DNA of 59,810 bases from positions 1-59,810 of the forward strand of contig JADLGU010000302.1 in assembly GCA_020849155.1 (NCBI GenBank), given 5' to 3'. Position 1 is the first letter of the stretch, and each line of letters starts with the position of its first letter. The position numbers and the translations under genes are program-made. Below are positions 1 through 10,566 of the stretch, in pieces. A model generated the notes under the pieces. The model did not search any database, had not been told where the DNA came from, and saw only the letters and a program-made list of their open reading frames with translations. The DNA comes from Rhodocyclaceae bacterium. Lineage in GTDB: Bacteria; Pseudomonadota; Gammaproteobacteria; Burkholderiales; Rhodocyclaceae.

Positions 1-626
1 AGATCGCCCGCCGCCTCATCACGCGCATCGGCGACCGCTGCGCCGAGGCCTGCCGCAAGATCGGCTACCGCGGCGCCGGCACCTTCGAGTTCCTCTTCGA
101 GGACAACGAGTTCTACTTCATCGAGATGAACACCCGCCTGCAGGTCGAGCACCCGGTGACGGAGTTCATCACCGGCATCGATCTGGTGCAACAGCAGATC
201 CGCGTCGCCGCCGGGGAGAAGCTGGCGCTGCGCCAGCGCGAGATCGAGCTGAAGGGCCATGCCATCGAGTGCCGCATCAACGCCGAGGACCCCTTCAAGT
301 TCACCCCCTCGCCGGGGCGCATCGCCTCCTACCACCCGCCCGGCGGCCCCGGCATCCGGGTCGACTCGCACGTCTATTCCGGCTACAACGTGCCGCCGCA
401 CTACGACTCGATGATCGGCAAGCTGATCGCCTACGGCGACACCCGCGACCAGGCCATCCGCCGCATGCGCATCGCCCTCTCGGAAATGGTGGTCGAGGGC
501 ATCAAGACCAACATCCCGCTGCACCAGGAGCTGATGCACGACCATCGCTTCATCAAGGGCGGCACCAGCATCCATTACCTGGAACAAAAGCTGGCCGCCA
601 AGGGCGAAACCGCGAAGGGTAAGTAA
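1..626 (+). CDS. accC: Acetyl-CoA carboxylase biotin carboxylase subunit (5'-truncated by window edge)
   Basis: Frame is open from nt 3 (..[29 protein letters not shown]..); contains RINAEDP and [12 protein letters not shown] biotin carboxylase motifs; accC-prmA synteny. Confidence 0.97.
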   Translation, partial: IARRLITRIGDRCAEACRKIGYRGAGTFEFLFEDNEFYFIEMNTRLQVEHPVTEFITGIDLVQQQIRVAAGEKLALRQREIELKGHAIECRINAEDPFKFTPSPGRIASYHPPGGPGIRVDSHVYSGYNVPPHYDSMIGKLIAYGDTRDQAIRRMRIALSEMVVEGIKTNIPLHQELMHDHRFIKGGTSIHYLEQKLAAKGETAKGK

Positions 627-632
627 GCCCTC

Positions 633-1523
633 ATGTGGCTCTCCGTCGCGTTCGCCGCCGAGGCCGCCCATGTCGAGGCCCTGTCCGAGGCCCTGCTGGC
701 GCTGGGCGCGCTCTCGGTCGGGGTGGAGGACGCCGACGCCGGCACCGACCGCGAAACGCCGCAATTCGGCGAGCCGGGCAGTTCGCCGGCGCCCCTTTGG
801 GCCAGGAGCCGCGTCGTCGCGCTCTTCGAGAAAAATGCCGACATCCCGCTGATTGCCGCCGCCGCGGCCGGCCAGGCCGGCCTGGCCGGCACGCCCCGCT
901 ACGAGGTGAGTGAAGTCGCCGAGCAGGACTGGGTGCGCCTGACCCAGTCCCAGTTCGAGCCGATCCGCATCAATCAACGGCTGTGGATCGTCCCCTCCTG
1001 GCATCGGGCGCCGGATCCCGCCGCGATCAGCCTGGAACTGGATCCCGGGCTGGCCTTCGGCACCGGCAGCCACCCGACCACCCGGCTGTGCCTGGAGTGG
1101 CTGTGCGACAACGTCCTCCCCGGCGTCAGCGTGCTCGATTACGGCTGCGGTTCGGGTATATTAGCCATCGCGTCAGCCAGGCTGGGAGCCGCCACCGTCA
1201 CCGGCGTGGATATCGACCGGAATGCCCTGCTGGCCGCGGCCGGCAACGCCGAGCGCAACCGCGCAGAAGTGCGGCTCGTCCATTCCGGCCAGCCGCTGGA
1301 CATGCAATTCGACATCGTGGTCGCCAACATCCTCACCAATCCGCTCTGCGTCCTGGCCCCGCTGCTCGCCGCGCGCATCCGGCCTGGCGGCCGCATCGCC
1401 CTCTCCGGCATCCTGACCGCCCAGGCGGATCAGGTGCGCGCCGCCTATGCGCCACTTGTCGATCTGGCCGTGCGGGCCGAGCTGGAAGGGTGGGTTCTGC
1501 TGGAAGGCCGGCGACCTTGCTGA
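633..1523 (+). CDS. prmA: 50S ribosomal protein L11 methyltransferase
   Basis: [50 protein letters not shown] motifs. Confidence 0.96.
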   Translation: MWLSVAFAAEAAHVEALSEALLALGALSVGVEDADAGTDRETPQFGEPGSSPAPLWARSRVVALFEKNADIPLIAAAAAGQAGLAGTPRYEVSEVAEQDWVRLTQSQFEPIRINQRLWIVPSWHRAPDPAAISLELDPGLAFGTGSHPTTRLCLEWLCDNVLPGVSVLDYGCGSGILAIASARLGAATVTGVDIDRNALLAAAGNAERNRAEVRLVHSGQPLDMQFDIVVANILTNPLCVLAPLLAARIRPGGRIALSGILTAQADQVRAAYAPLVDLAVRAELEGWVLLEGRRPC

Positions 1524-2281
1524 CCACCCATTGTCCGACCTGCAGCACCGCCTTCCGGGTGACGCCGGACCAGCTCAAGGCCCGCGCCGGCAAGGTCCGT
1601 TGCGGCCACTGCGACTCGGTGTTCAACGCCCTGGAATCGCTCGAGGACCTGTCCCGCGCCCAGCCGGAAGCGGATAGCGCCGCGCCGGAACCCCCTCCGG
1701 CCGAACCGCCGCAAACCCCTATCGAACCAGAGACCGAGCCTCCAGCCGTTTCCGAGCCGGAAATCGGGGTAGAGATCGCGCCCGAGGCCGCAGCGGTCCG
1801 GCGCGGACCCAAGCTGGCCTGGAGCTTTGCCGGCCTTGCCGGGATCGCCCTGCTGGTTTTGCAGGCTGCCTATCTGTTCCGGGCCGAATTGTCGGTTTCC
1901 CAGCCGGACCTGGTCCCGCTGCTGGAGGAGATGTGCACCGTGCTCGAATGCGACATCCCCCTGCCGCGCAAGGCCGATCTGGTCGGCATCGAGACTTCGG
2001 ACTTGCATCCCGACCCGCAACAGAAAACAATGCTGGTGCTGGTGGCGACGCTGAAGAATCGCGCGCCCTTCGTTCAGGCCTACCCCCACCTGGAACTGAC
2101 CCTGACCGACACGCGCGATCAGCCCGTGCTGCGCAAGGTCCTGGCTCCGGAAGACTACCTGGCACAGGGCGTGGACGCCCGCGGCGGCTTTGCCGCCAAC
2201 GGCGACCTGGCGGTCAATCTGTGGCTGGATCCGGGCGAGACCGGCGCCAGCGGCTACCGGCTGTACCTGTTCTACCCCTGA
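1517..2281 (+). CDS. Zinc-ribbon / DUF3426-type membrane protein
   Basis: TTG start overlapping the prmA stop; CPTC..F.V...QL....G.VRCGHC zinc ribbon, Pro/Glu linker, one TM helix, C-terminal GYRLYLFYP; usual neighbour of prmA. The track ORF from 983 is over-extended. Confidence 0.85.
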   Translation: MLTTHCPTCSTAFRVTPDQLKARAGKVRCGHCDSVFNALESLEDLSRAQPEADSAAPEPPPAEPPQTPIEPETEPPAVSEPEIGVEIAPEAAAVRRGPKLAWSFAGLAGIALLVLQAAYLFRAELSVSQPDLVPLLEEMCTVLECDIPLPRKADLVGIETSDLHPDPQQKTMLVLVATLKNRAPFVQAYPHLELTLTDTRDQPVLRKVLAPEDYLAQGVDARGGFAANGDLAVNLWLDPGETGASGYRLYLFYP

Positions 2282-2305
2282 CCACCTCAACAAGGAGACG
2301 ACAAC

Positions 2306-2809
2306 ATGACGACCGTAACCCTCGGCGGCAACCCCATCCACCTGAGCGGCGAGATGCCCAAGCCCGGCAACGCGGCGCCGGCCTTCTCGCTGGTCGCCGC
2401 CGACCTACGCGACCTGGGCCTGAAGGATTTCGCCGGCAAGCGCAAGGTGCTCAACATCGTGCCGAGCCTGGACACCCCGGTGTGCGCCACTTCGACCCGC
2501 AAGTTCAACGAGCAGGCCGGAAGCCTGCCCAATACCGTGGTGCTGGTGATCTCGGCCGACCTGCCCTTCGCCATGAAGCGCTTCTGCGAGACCGAGGGGC
2601 TGAAGAACGTGGTGTCGCTATCCACCATGCGCGGCCGGGAATTCATGAAATCCTACGGCGTCGGCATCGAGGACGGGCCGCTGGCCGGCGTCACCGCCCG
2701 GGCGGTGCTCGTCATCGACGAGAACGACAAGGTGACCTACACCGAGCTGGTTCCCGAGATCAAGCAGGAGCCCAACTACGACGCCGCGCTCGCCGCCCTG
2801 AAAAAATAA
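2306..2809 (+). CDS. tpx: Thiol peroxidase (atypical 2-Cys peroxiredoxin)
   Basis: [36 protein letters not shown]; AGGAGA RBS upstream. Confidence 0.96.
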   Translation: MTTVTLGGNPIHLSGEMPKPGNAAPAFSLVAADLRDLGLKDFAGKRKVLNIVPSLDTPVCATSTRKFNEQAGSLPNTVVLVISADLPFAMKRFCETEGLKNVVSLSTMRGREFMKSYGVGIEDGPLAGVTARAVLVIDENDKVTYTELVPEIKQEPNYDAALAALKK

Positions 2810-2828
2810 CCCGGAGGATCCCCGCGCA

Positions 2829-3764
2829 ATGAGGACGCTGATCTGCGGCTCGATGGCCTACGACACCATCATGGTGTTCCACGACCGCTTCAAAAACCAC
2901 ATCCTGCCCGACCAGCTGCACATCCTCAACGTCGCCTTCCACGTGCCGGACATGCGGCGCGAATACGGCGGCTGCGCGGGGAACATCGCCTACAGCCTGC
3001 GGCTGCTCGGCGGCGAGCCGCTCATCATGGCCACCGTCGGCGAGGACAGCGGGCCCTACCTGCAGCGCCTGGAGCGGCTGGGGCTGGACCGCAGCCATAT
3101 CCAGGAGGTGCCCTCGACCTTCACCGCCCAGGCCTTCATCACCACCGACCTCGACGACAACCAGATCACCGCCTTCCATCCGGGGGCGATGAACTACTCG
3201 CATCTGAATCACGTCGCCGATGCACGGGAGCTGACGGTCGGCATCGTCGCGCCCGACGGCCGCGAAGGCATGCTGCAGCACGCCCAGGAGTTCCACGACG
3301 CCGGGGTGCCCTTCATCTTCGACCCGGGCCAGGGCCTGCCGCTGTTCAACGGCGAGGAACTGCTCGATTTCCTGCAGCTGGCCGACTATTGCTGCGTCAA
3401 CGACTACGAGGCCAAACTGCTTTCGGACAAGACCGGGCGCCCCATCGAGGAGCTGGCCGGCATGGTGCGCGCGCTGATCGTCACGCTGGGAGCCGACGGC
3501 GCGCAGATCCATGCCGACGGTCAACGCCTCGACATCCCCAGCGTTAAGCCGGATGAACTTATCGACCCGACCGGCTGCGGCGACGCCTTCCGCGCCGGCC
3601 TGCTGTATGGCATCGCCAGCGGCATGGGCTGGGACAAGGCGGGACGCCTGGCCTCGCTGATGGGGTCGATCAAGATCGCCCACCGCGGCGGCCAGAACCA
3701 CAAGGCGGCGCGGGAACAAGTCGCCGAGCGCTACCGGGCCGCCTTCGGCCACTCACTTTGGTAG
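2829..3764 (+). CDS. PfkB-family carbohydrate/nucleoside (adenosine-type) kinase
   Basis: GSMAYD, GGCAGNIAY, DPTGCGDAFRAG PfkB signature. Confidence 0.9.
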   Translation: MRTLICGSMAYDTIMVFHDRFKNHILPDQLHILNVAFHVPDMRREYGGCAGNIAYSLRLLGGEPLIMATVGEDSGPYLQRLERLGLDRSHIQEVPSTFTAQAFITTDLDDNQITAFHPGAMNYSHLNHVADARELTVGIVAPDGREGMLQHAQEFHDAGVPFIFDPGQGLPLFNGEELLDFLQLADYCCVNDYEAKLLSDKTGRPIEELAGMVRALIVTLGADGAQIHADGQRLDIPSVKPDELIDPTGCGDAFRAGLLYGIASGMGWDKAGRLASLMGSIKIAHRGGQNHKAAREQVAERYRAAFGHSLW

Positions 3765-3772
3765 GAAATCGA

Positions 3773-4225
3773 ATGAATCGCTTGCCGCTCGTCCTTGCCC
3801 TCGCCGCCGCAACCGTTCTCGCCGGCTGCGCCTCCAGCCAGTCCGGCAGCGCCTACGAGCGGCGCCAGGCACGGCAGGAAATGTCGGTGCGGCTGGGGGT
3901 GGTGGAAAGCGTGCGCCGCGTCACCATCGAAGGCACCAAGTCGCCGGTGGGCGCAGTCGCCGGCGCCGGCCTGGGCGGCCTGGCCGGAAGCAACATCGGC
4001 CGCGGCCGCGGCTCGACCGCCGGCGCCATCGTCGGCGCCGTGATCGGCGGCGTGGCCGGCTCGGCGGTCGAGGAGCAGGTCACCAAGAAGGAAGGCCTGG
4101 AGATCACCGTCAAGCTCGACAGCGGCGAACTGATCGCCGTCACCCAGGAAGCCGACGAAACCTTCCACCCCGGCGAACGCGTGCGCGTGCTCAGGGGCAG
4201 CGGCGCCTCGCGGGTCACCCACTAG
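3773..4225 (+). CDS. Glycine-zipper outer-membrane lipoprotein (SlyB/Pcp-like)
   Basis: Lipobox LAGC after a hydrophobic signal; GAVAGAGLGGLAGS..GAIVGAVIGGVAG glycine zipper. Confidence 0.9.
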   Translation: MNRLPLVLALAAATVLAGCASSQSGSAYERRQARQEMSVRLGVVESVRRVTIEGTKSPVGAVAGAGLGGLAGSNIGRGRGSTAGAIVGAVIGGVAGSAVEEQVTKKEGLEITVKLDSGELIAVTQEADETFHPGERVRVLRGSGASRVTH

Positions 4226-5039
4226 CGGCGACATCCTCCCCCGAGCAATCGACCTGGTACACCTTGCGCTCGGGCAGCCGCAGCGCGGTCAGGTGACGCC
4301 CCCAAAGGCAGCCCGAATCCAGCGCCAGCAGGTTCGGCTCGATCTTCAGGCCCAGCGCCGACCAGTGGCCGGTGACCAGCACATGGTCGGCGCTGCGGCG
4401 TCCGGGCACGGCGAACCAGGGCAGGTAGCCCGCCGGCGCATCGGCCACCTCGCCCTTGGTCTTGAATTCCATCACGCCGTCGGCGGAACAGAAACGCATC
4501 CGCGTCATGGCGTTGACGATCACCCGCAGGCGCGGCCAGCCGAAAAGTCGGTCTCGCCAGTACGGCGGTTCGCTGCCCCACATGTTGGCCAGGAACTCGC
4601 GGTAATTCTCTGCCCGTAGCGCGGCCTCCACCTCGCCGGCCAGCTTGCGCGCCTTGGCCACCGTCCATTGCGGCAGCAGGCCGGCATGCACCAGCACGTG
4701 GCCGGCCTCGACATGCATCATCGGGCGGTGGCGCAGCCAGGCCAGCAGTTCCTCGCGATCCGGCGCGGCCAGGATCGCATCGAGCGTGTCGTCGGCGCGC
4801 TTCTTGGAACATCCTTCGGCCAGCATGACGAGATGCAGATCGTGGTTGCCCAGCACGGTGATCGCCGCCTCGCCCAGCCCCTTGACGAAGCGCAGCGTCT
4901 CCAGCGAATGCGCCCCCCGATTGACCAGATCACCGACCAGCCAGAGCCGGTCGCGCGCCGGGTCGAAGCGGATCAGGTCGAGCAGGCGGCGGAAGGAATC
5001 GAAGCAGCCTTGGATGTCGCCGATGGCGTAGGTGGCCAC
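4215..5039 (-). CDS. apaH: Symmetrical bis(5'-nucleosyl)-tetraphosphatase
   Basis: GTG start ATYAIGDIQGC; GDLVNRG, LGNHDLH, VHAG, GHWSALG, LDSGCLWG. Confidence 0.95.
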   Translation of the reverse strand: MATYAIGDIQGCFDSFRRLLDLIRFDPARDRLWLVGDLVNRGAHSLETLRFVKGLGEAAITVLGNHDLHLVMLAEGCSKKRADDTLDAILAAPDREELLAWLRHRPMMHVEAGHVLVHAGLLPQWTVAKARKLAGEVEAALRAENYREFLANMWGSEPPYWRDRLFGWPRLRVIVNAMTRMRFCSADGVMEFKTKGEVADAPAGYLPWFAVPGRRSADHVLVTGHWSALGLKIEPNLLALDSGCLWGRHLTALRLPERKVYQVDCSGEDVAASG

Positions 5040-5043
5040 GAAT

Positions 5044-6873
5044 TCAGGAATTGCAGGAAGGTTGGTATTCCGGCACCAGTCGCGCCAGTTGCCGCTTGAC
5101 GGCCTGCTCGTCCTTTGGCGCGCCTTCCAGCCAGGCCCGCAATGCCGCCAGTTCGGCCAAGGGAAGCGCAACCTGCGCCCGGGCGATGCGCAATTTAGGG
5201 TGCGGCGTCGGCAATGTCTGCTCGCCGTCGGCGAGCAGTTCCTCATAGAGCTTCTCGCCCGGACGCAGGCCGGTGAAGACGATCTTGATCTCTTCCTCGG
5301 TGTAGCCGGTGAGGCGGATCATGTCGCGGGCCAGATCGACGATCTTCACCGGCTCGCCCATGTCGAGCACGAAGATCTCGCCGCCCTGGCCCATCAGGCC
5401 GGCCTGCAGCACCAGCTGCGCCGCCTCGGGGATCAGCATGAAGTAGCGGATGATGTCGGGGTGGGTCACCGTCACCGGCCCGCCGCGGGCGATCTGCTCG
5501 CGGAAGCGCGGGATCACACTGCCGCTGCTGCCCAGCACGTTGCCGAAGCGGACGGTGACGAAGTGGGTGTCCCGGCTCTCCGCCTGCAAGGTCTGGCAGA
5601 CCATTTCGGCCAGGCGCTTGCTGGCGCCCATCACGTTGGTCGGGTTCACCGCCTTGTCGGTGGACACCATGACGAACTTGCCGACGCCCGCCGCCATCGC
5701 CGCGCGCGCCACGCGCCAGGTGCCGAGCACGTTGTTGCGCACCGCAGCCCAGGCGTTCTCGTTCTCCATCAGCGGCACGTGCTTGTAGGCGGCGGCGTGG
5801 AAGACCACTTCCGGCCGATGCATGGCGAAGGCGGCGCTCAGGCTGGCTTCGTCCTTGACGTCGCCGACGACGCAGGCAACGCCGATCTCCCTGAAGTCGC
5901 TCGCAAACTCCTGCTCGATGCGGTAAAGGGCGTACTCGGACTGCTCGAAAAATACCAGCCGGGACGGTGCGTAACGTGCGATCTGGCGGCACAGCTCGGA
6001 ACCTATCGATCCGCCGGCGCCGGTCACCATCACACGCCTGCCCGTCAGTAGATGGTGCAACCCCTCGTCGTCGAGCTGGATTGGGTCGCGGCCGAGCAGG
6101 TCTTCCAGCTCGACCTTGCGCACCTGCGAGACGGACAGCTTGCCTGAAAGGACGTCCGCCATCGCTGGAACGGTCAATACGGCGAGGCTGGCGGCGCCTG
6201 CCAGTTCGGCCGCTCTGCGCCTCTGTGAAGCCGAGGATGATGGCATGGCGATGATGGCATGCGTCACACCCAGACGCTCGGCTTGGATCGCGACCGAATC
6301 GAAACTCCCAAGTACCGGGATCCCGTCAATATCGCGGCCGCGCTTGCTGCCGTCATCGTCCAGCAACCCCACCACTCGCCAGTCCCTGCTGTGCTTCAGT
6401 TCGCGCAGCAGCGCCATGGCAGCATCGCCGGCGCCCATCACCAGAACCGGCTCTCCTTCAAACCGTACCCCACCATACAGCTGCCGTTCGCGCCAGGCGC
6501 GATAAAGAAAGCGCGTGCCGCCCATCGCCATGATCAGCAGCAACGGCTGCAGGATCAGCACCGAGCGCGGCAGGTCGCGCAGCTGGAACATGAACACGCA
6601 GGCGCCAACCAGCACCGCTGCCAGGCCGACCGTCAGCACGATGCGCTGCAGGTCCTTCACACTGACGTAGCGCCACATGCCGCGATACACGCCGAAGGCG
6701 ACGAACACCGCACCGTGCACTGGCAGGACCCAGAGCAGGCCGTCGAACATCCCGCGCAGGTAGGTCTGCGGAATGTCCAGGTTGAAGCGAAGCCAGTACG
6801 CCAGCAGCCACGCCACGGCTGCCGCAGAAAGATCGAGGCAGACGATGGCGAGATGGCGAAGATACAGTTTCAT
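5044..6873 (-). CDS. Membrane-anchored UDP-GlcNAc 4,6-dehydratase (PglF/WbpM/CapD family)
   Basis: 4 N-terminal TM helices, GAGDAA, TGAGGSIGSELCRQ, HAAAYKHVP, STDKAVNPTNVMGASK, RFGNVLGSSGSV, GLRPGEKLYEEL. Confidence 0.95.
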   Translation of the reverse strand: MKLYLRHLAIVCLDLSAAAVAWLLAYWLRFNLDIPQTYLRGMFDGLLWVLPVHGAVFVAFGVYRGMWRYVSVKDLQRIVLTVGLAAVLVGACVFMFQLRDLPRSVLILQPLLLIMAMGGTRFLYRAWRERQLYGGVRFEGEPVLVMGAGDAAMALLRELKHSRDWRVVGLLDDDGSKRGRDIDGIPVLGSFDSVAIQAERLGVTHAIIAMPSSSASQRRRAAELAGAASLAVLTVPAMADVLSGKLSVSQVRKVELEDLLGRDPIQLDDEGLHHLLTGRRVMVTGAGGSIGSELCRQIARYAPSRLVFFEQSEYALYRIEQEFASDFREIGVACVVGDVKDEASLSAAFAMHRPEVVFHAAAYKHVPLMENENAWAAVRNNVLGTWRVARAAMAAGVGKFVMVSTDKAVNPTNVMGASKRLAEMVCQTLQAESRDTHFVTVRFGNVLGSSGSVIPRFREQIARGGPVTVTHPDIIRYFMLIPEAAQLVLQAGLMGQGGEIFVLDMGEPVKIVDLARDMIRLTGYTEEEIKIVFTGLRPGEKLYEELLADGEQTLPTPHPKLRIARAQVALPLAELAALRAWLEGAPKDEQAVKRQLARLVPEYQPSCNS

Positions 6874-8093
6874 CGCGCCGCCTTGCGCATCACCTTGGCG
6901 ACGGCCGCAACCGTTTCAGCCATTTCCGCCTCGCCCAACGTCGGATGCACCAGGAACATCAGACTGGTTTCACCCAGCCGCCGGGCAACCGGCAGGCGGG
7001 AGGCCGGCCCCCAGCCGCGGTCCGTGAAAGCACGCTCGCGGTAGATTTCCGAACAGCTGCCGGCAAAGCAGGGCACACCTTCGGCATTGATCGCCTCGTT
7101 GACCCGCGTCGCGTCCCAGTCCGGCGCCAGGGCGTCCGGCTCGACGAAGGCGTAGTACTTGTAATAGGCATGGCCAACGTCGGCCGGCGGCCGCGTCAAG
7201 CGCAGGCCGGGAATGCCGGCAAAGCCGGCGTCGAGCTGCGCCGCGTTGCGCCGCCGCTCCGCCAGCCACTGCGGCAGCTTGTCGAGCTGCCGCCGGCCGA
7301 TCGCCGCCTGCATCTCGGTCATGCGGTAGTTGCTGCCGAAGGATTCGTGCAGCCAGCGGAAACCCGGCGGATGCGCGCGGTTGAAGACGGCGTCGTAGCT
7401 CTTGCCGTGATCCTTGTAGGCCCAGGCCTTTTCCCACAGGCCGGCATCGTTCGTCACCAGCATGCCGCCCTCGCCGCCAGTGGTCATGATCTTGTCCTGG
7501 CAGAACGAGAAGGCCGCGCAGTCGCCCAGTCCGCCCGCCGGCCGCCCCTTGTAGGTGGCGCCGTGCGCCTGGGCGCAGTCCTCGATGACCTTGATGCCGC
7601 GGCTGCGCGCCAGCGCCATGATCGGTTCCATGTCGCAGGGCCAGCCGGCCAGGTGCACCGCGATGATGGCGCGCGTGCGCAAAGTCAGCACCCGCGACAC
7701 GGCGTCGGCCGTCAGGTTCTGGCTGACCGGATCGACATCGGCGACCACCGGCAAGGCGCCGCGCGCCACGGCGCAGCTGGCCGAGGCGATGAAGGTGCGC
7801 GCCGGCACGATCACCTCGTCGCCCGGCCCGACGCCCAGCGCATGCAGGGCGAGTTCCAGCGCCAGCGTGCCGTTGGCGAGCGAGACGGCGTGGCGCATGC
7901 CCGTATGGGCGGCGTACGCCTCCTCGAAGCGGCGGCACTCCTCGCCGGTCCAGTAGTTCACCCGCCCGGAAGCGAGCACGGCTCCGGCCGCGTCGACTTC
8001 GTCCTGCCCGAAGACCGGCCAGGGCGGAAACGGCGCCGCGCGCACGGGCTGCCCTCCCTCGATCGCCAGTCGGTCCTGTCCGAATTGCATCAC
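6870..8093 (-). CDS. DegT/DnrJ/EryC1/StrS sugar aminotransferase (bacillosamine 4-aminotransferase type)
   Basis: NGTLALEL, EDCAQAHGA, FSFCQDKIMTTGGEGG (PLP Lys); sits between PglF- and PglD-like genes. Confidence 0.92.
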   Translation of the reverse strand: MMQFGQDRLAIEGGQPVRAAPFPPWPVFGQDEVDAAGAVLASGRVNYWTGEECRRFEEAYAAHTGMRHAVSLANGTLALELALHALGVGPGDEVIVPARTFIASASCAVARGALPVVADVDPVSQNLTADAVSRVLTLRTRAIIAVHLAGWPCDMEPIMALARSRGIKVIEDCAQAHGATYKGRPAGGLGDCAAFSFCQDKIMTTGGEGGMLVTNDAGLWEKAWAYKDHGKSYDAVFNRAHPPGFRWLHESFGSNYRMTEMQAAIGRRQLDKLPQWLAERRRNAAQLDAGFAGIPGLRLTRPPADVGHAYYKYYAFVEPDALAPDWDATRVNEAINAEGVPCFAGSCSEIYRERAFTDRGWGPASRLPVARRLGETSLMFLVHPTLGEAEMAETVAAVAKVMRKAAR

Positions 8094-8692
8094 CCGCTCT
8101 TCTCCATGTCACGCGCCGCCACCGTGCCCGCCTTGAGGAGCAGCCAGGCGCCCACCCTCACGCCGGGCAACACCACGGCGCCCGCGCCGATCAGCGCGCC
8201 GGCGCCGATGCGGGCGCCGCCGCACAGCACCGCGCCGGGCGCAACATGCACGGCTTCCTCGATTTCGCAATCGTGCTCCACGACGGCGCCGCTGTTGATG
8301 ATGGCGTTGGCGCCGATGCGTGCCTCGGCATTCACGATGGCGCCGGGCATGACGAGCGCGCCCGCGCCGATCGTCGCCGAGGGCGCCACCACCGCGGCCG
8401 GGTGCGCCACGCTCAGCAGCAACATCCCCTGCGACGCAATCCAGCGGGCCACCTCCAGGCGCGCCCGGTTGTCGCCGATGGCGACGATGACGCCGTCGAT
8501 CTCGCCGCGGCGGGCGAGCAGCGCTTCGCGTCCGCCGGCGACTGGCCTGCCGAGGATCGTCGCGCCCGTCTGCGGCTTGTCGTCCAACACGCAGGCCAGG
8601 TCCAGGGCGGGATTGCACTGGATGGCGTCGACCACCACCTTGCCGTGCCCGCCGGCGCCGAATACCGCGATCCGCTGCTTTCGATGCTCCAT
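8090..8692 (-). CDS. Sugar N-acetyltransferase, PglD/NeuD family
   Basis: ATG at 8692; GAGGHGKVV, AIGDNRAR, hexapeptide repeats with VVEHDC. Confidence 0.92.
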   Translation of the reverse strand: MEHRKQRIAVFGAGGHGKVVVDAIQCNPALDLACVLDDKPQTGATILGRPVAGGREALLARRGEIDGVIVAIGDNRARLEVARWIASQGMLLLSVAHPAAVVAPSATIGAGALVMPGAIVNAEARIGANAIINSGAVVEHDCEIEEAVHVAPGAVLCGGARIGAGALIGAGAVVLPGVRVGAWLLLKAGTVAARDMEKSG

Positions 8693-8718
8693 GCGTCCCC
8701 CTTGTCGCAGTGGCGTCC

Positions 8719-9318
8719 CTATTTGCCCGCCGTGCCGCGGAATTTCTCGGTCGTGGCGAAGCCTTCCTTCGATACGCCCGAGCCGGAGAAGACGCGACCC
8801 GCCGTCATGGCCAGGATCTTCAGATCCAGCCCGAAGGAGCGGTGGTCCACGTACCACACGTCGAGCGCGAACTTGTCCTCCCACGACAGCGCGTTGCGGC
8901 CGTTCACCTGGGTCCAGCCGGTGATGCCGGGGCGGACCTCGTGACGGCGCATCTGCTCCGCGGTGTACAGCGGCAGGTACTCCATCAGCAGCGGGCGCGG
9001 CCCGACCAGGCTCATGTCGCCCTTCAGCACGTTCAACAGCTGGGGCAGTTCGTCCAGGCTAAACCGCCGCAGCATGGCGCCCAGCGGCGTCAGGCGCGCC
9101 TCGTCGGGCAGCGGGCGGTCGTCCGGCCCCGCCCTGTCCGCCATGGTGCGGAACTTCATCACCTCGAAGGGCCGCCCGTGCCAGCCGGGCCGCCGCTGGC
9201 GGAAGAGCACCGGCCGGCCCATGCGCCACGCGACGAGCAGGGCGACGGCCAGCATGACGGGCGACAGCGCCAGGATCAGCGTGAGGGCGGCAAGCAAATC
9301 GAAGGCGCGCTTCAGCAT
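8719..9318 (-). CDS. Monotopic undecaprenyl-phosphate sugar phosphotransferase (PglC-like)
   Basis: KRAFD, F.Q.RPG..G.PF...KFRTM, SLDELPQLLNVLKGDMSLVGPRPLL, RPGITGW.QVNGRN. Confidence 0.93.
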   Translation of the reverse strand: MLKRAFDLLAALTLILALSPVMLAVALLVAWRMGRPVLFRQRRPGWHGRPFEVMKFRTMADRAGPDDRPLPDEARLTPLGAMLRRFSLDELPQLLNVLKGDMSLVGPRPLLMEYLPLYTAEQMRRHEVRPGITGWTQVNGRNALSWEDKFALDVWYVDHRSFGLDLKILAMTAGRVFSGSGVSKEGFATTEKFRGTAGK

Positions 9319-9332
9319 CGGCGAATTTTACT

Positions 9333-9405
9333 TCAGCGCCTGCCCGGCCGCCCGAAAGGCGCTGAGCGCCCCCTCGGGGGGCAGCGAACGAAGTGAGCGT
9401 GGGGG
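9333..9405. repeat. REP-like GC-rich intergenic stem-loop element
   Basis: Inverted repeat TCAGCGCC (9333-9340) / GGCGCTGA (9358-9365), followed by the hairpin GCCCCCTCGGGGGGC and AGCGAACGAAGTGAGCGTGGGGG; resembles a dispersed repeat I recall from GC-rich betaproteobacteria (unverified). Confidence 0.65.
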
Positions 9406-9414
9406 TCGTCCATC

Positions 9415-10566
9415 TCAGCCCAGCAATTCCCCGTAGAAGTCCACCCAGGCGGCGGTGACGGTCTCGCTCGAGAACCGGCGCAGCGCGCGCTCGCGTGCGG
9501 CACGGCCGAGCGCCGCCCGGCGCGCTGGATCGTCCGCCACGGCACGCATCGCACGGACGATTTCCGCCACGTCGCCGGGACGGTGCAGCAGGCCGGTGAC
9601 GCCCTCCGCCACCGCGTCGGTGACGCCATAGATGCGCGAGGCCACCGCCGGAATGCCCGCCGCCGCCGCCTCGACGACGACCATGCCGAAACCTTCCCGG
9701 TAGCTCGGCAGGCAGAAGACATCGGCCGCCGCCATGAAGTCCTCGGGACGGTCGGTATACCCGACGAAGCGGCAGCGCACCTGCGCCGCGCCGAGACGCG
9801 CCCCCATGGCGGCGCGCATGCCCCCCTCGTCGGGGCCGACGACGAGCAGCCATGCGTCGAGGTTGCCTAGCGCGGCGAAGGCCTCCGCCAGATCGAGCAC
9901 GCCCTTGTCCCGGTTCAGCCGCCCGAGAAACAGGAAGACGACGGCCTCCTCCGGGATGCCCTGCGTGCGCCGGATGGCGGCGCGCCGCCCGGCATCCGGG
10001 CGGAAGCGCCCGCCGTCCACGCCGCAGATCGAGCCGTCGCCGAGGACGCGGATCTTCTCCCCGGGCGCCACCCCCTCCGCGATCATGAATTCCCGCTGGG
10101 ACGGACTGTCTGCCAGCACGTGGGTGGCCAGTCGCGCCATGAGCCGGTCGGCCGCCTTGAGCAGGCTGCGGCGCCAGCCGCTGCGCGTGGCCCACACCTG
10201 GCCGGTAAAGATGTGCACCCGCACGGGCACCCTTGCCAGCGCGGCGGCCAGCAGCGCCAGCATGCCCGCCTTCGGCGTCACCGAGCCGACCGCGGCATAG
10301 CGCTCGCGCCGGAAGTGCCGATGCAGCTTCGCCAGGGCGGCGAGATCGGCGAGCGGCGCCACCTCGCGCCGGATCGGCATGCGGAATGTCCGCGCGTGGG
10401 CAGGTATGTCGCCGAGTTCGGCGGCGTCGGCGAAATCCGCCGCGATGTCGACAGCATAGCGCCGAGCCAGGGCCGCGACATGCCCGCTCAGGAACGCTCG
10501 CGCCGTCAGTGGACTGGAGACCACGAAGCAGACATGAAGGCGGGGCGGCGGATCGATTCTGCTCAT
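9415..10566 (-). CDS. Glycosyltransferase family 4 (PglA-like)
   Basis: TPKAG, FLGRLNRDKG, LPSYREGFGMVVVEAAAAGIP GT4 signature. Confidence 0.92.
   Translation of the reverse strand: MSRIDPPPRLHVCFVVSSPLTARAFLSGHVAALARRYAVDIAADFADAAELGDIPAHARTFRMPIRREVAPLADLAALAKLHRHFRRERYAAVGSVTPKAGMLALLAAALARVPVRVHIFTGQVWATRSGWRRSLLKAADRLMARLATHVLADSPSQREFMIAEGVAPGEKIRVLGDGSICGVDGGRFRPDAGRRAAIRRTQGIPEEAVVFLFLGRLNRDKGVLDLAEAFAALGNLDAWLLVVGPDEGGMRAAMGARLGAAQVRCRFVGYTDRPEDFMAAADVFCLPSYREGFGMVVVEAAAAGIPAVASRIYGVTDAVAEGVTGLLHRPGDVAEIVRAMRAVADDPARRAALGRAARERALRRFSSETVTAAWVDFYGELLG

Noticed and set aside
983-1516. N-terminal extension of the zinc-ribbon ORF
   Set aside because: Overlaps prmA out of frame; the domain starts at TTG 1517
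1660-1790. Short repeated CCGGAA/GAGCC-like units
   Set aside because: They encode the Pro/Glu-rich linker of the zinc-ribbon protein; not a CRISPR or tandem DNA repeat
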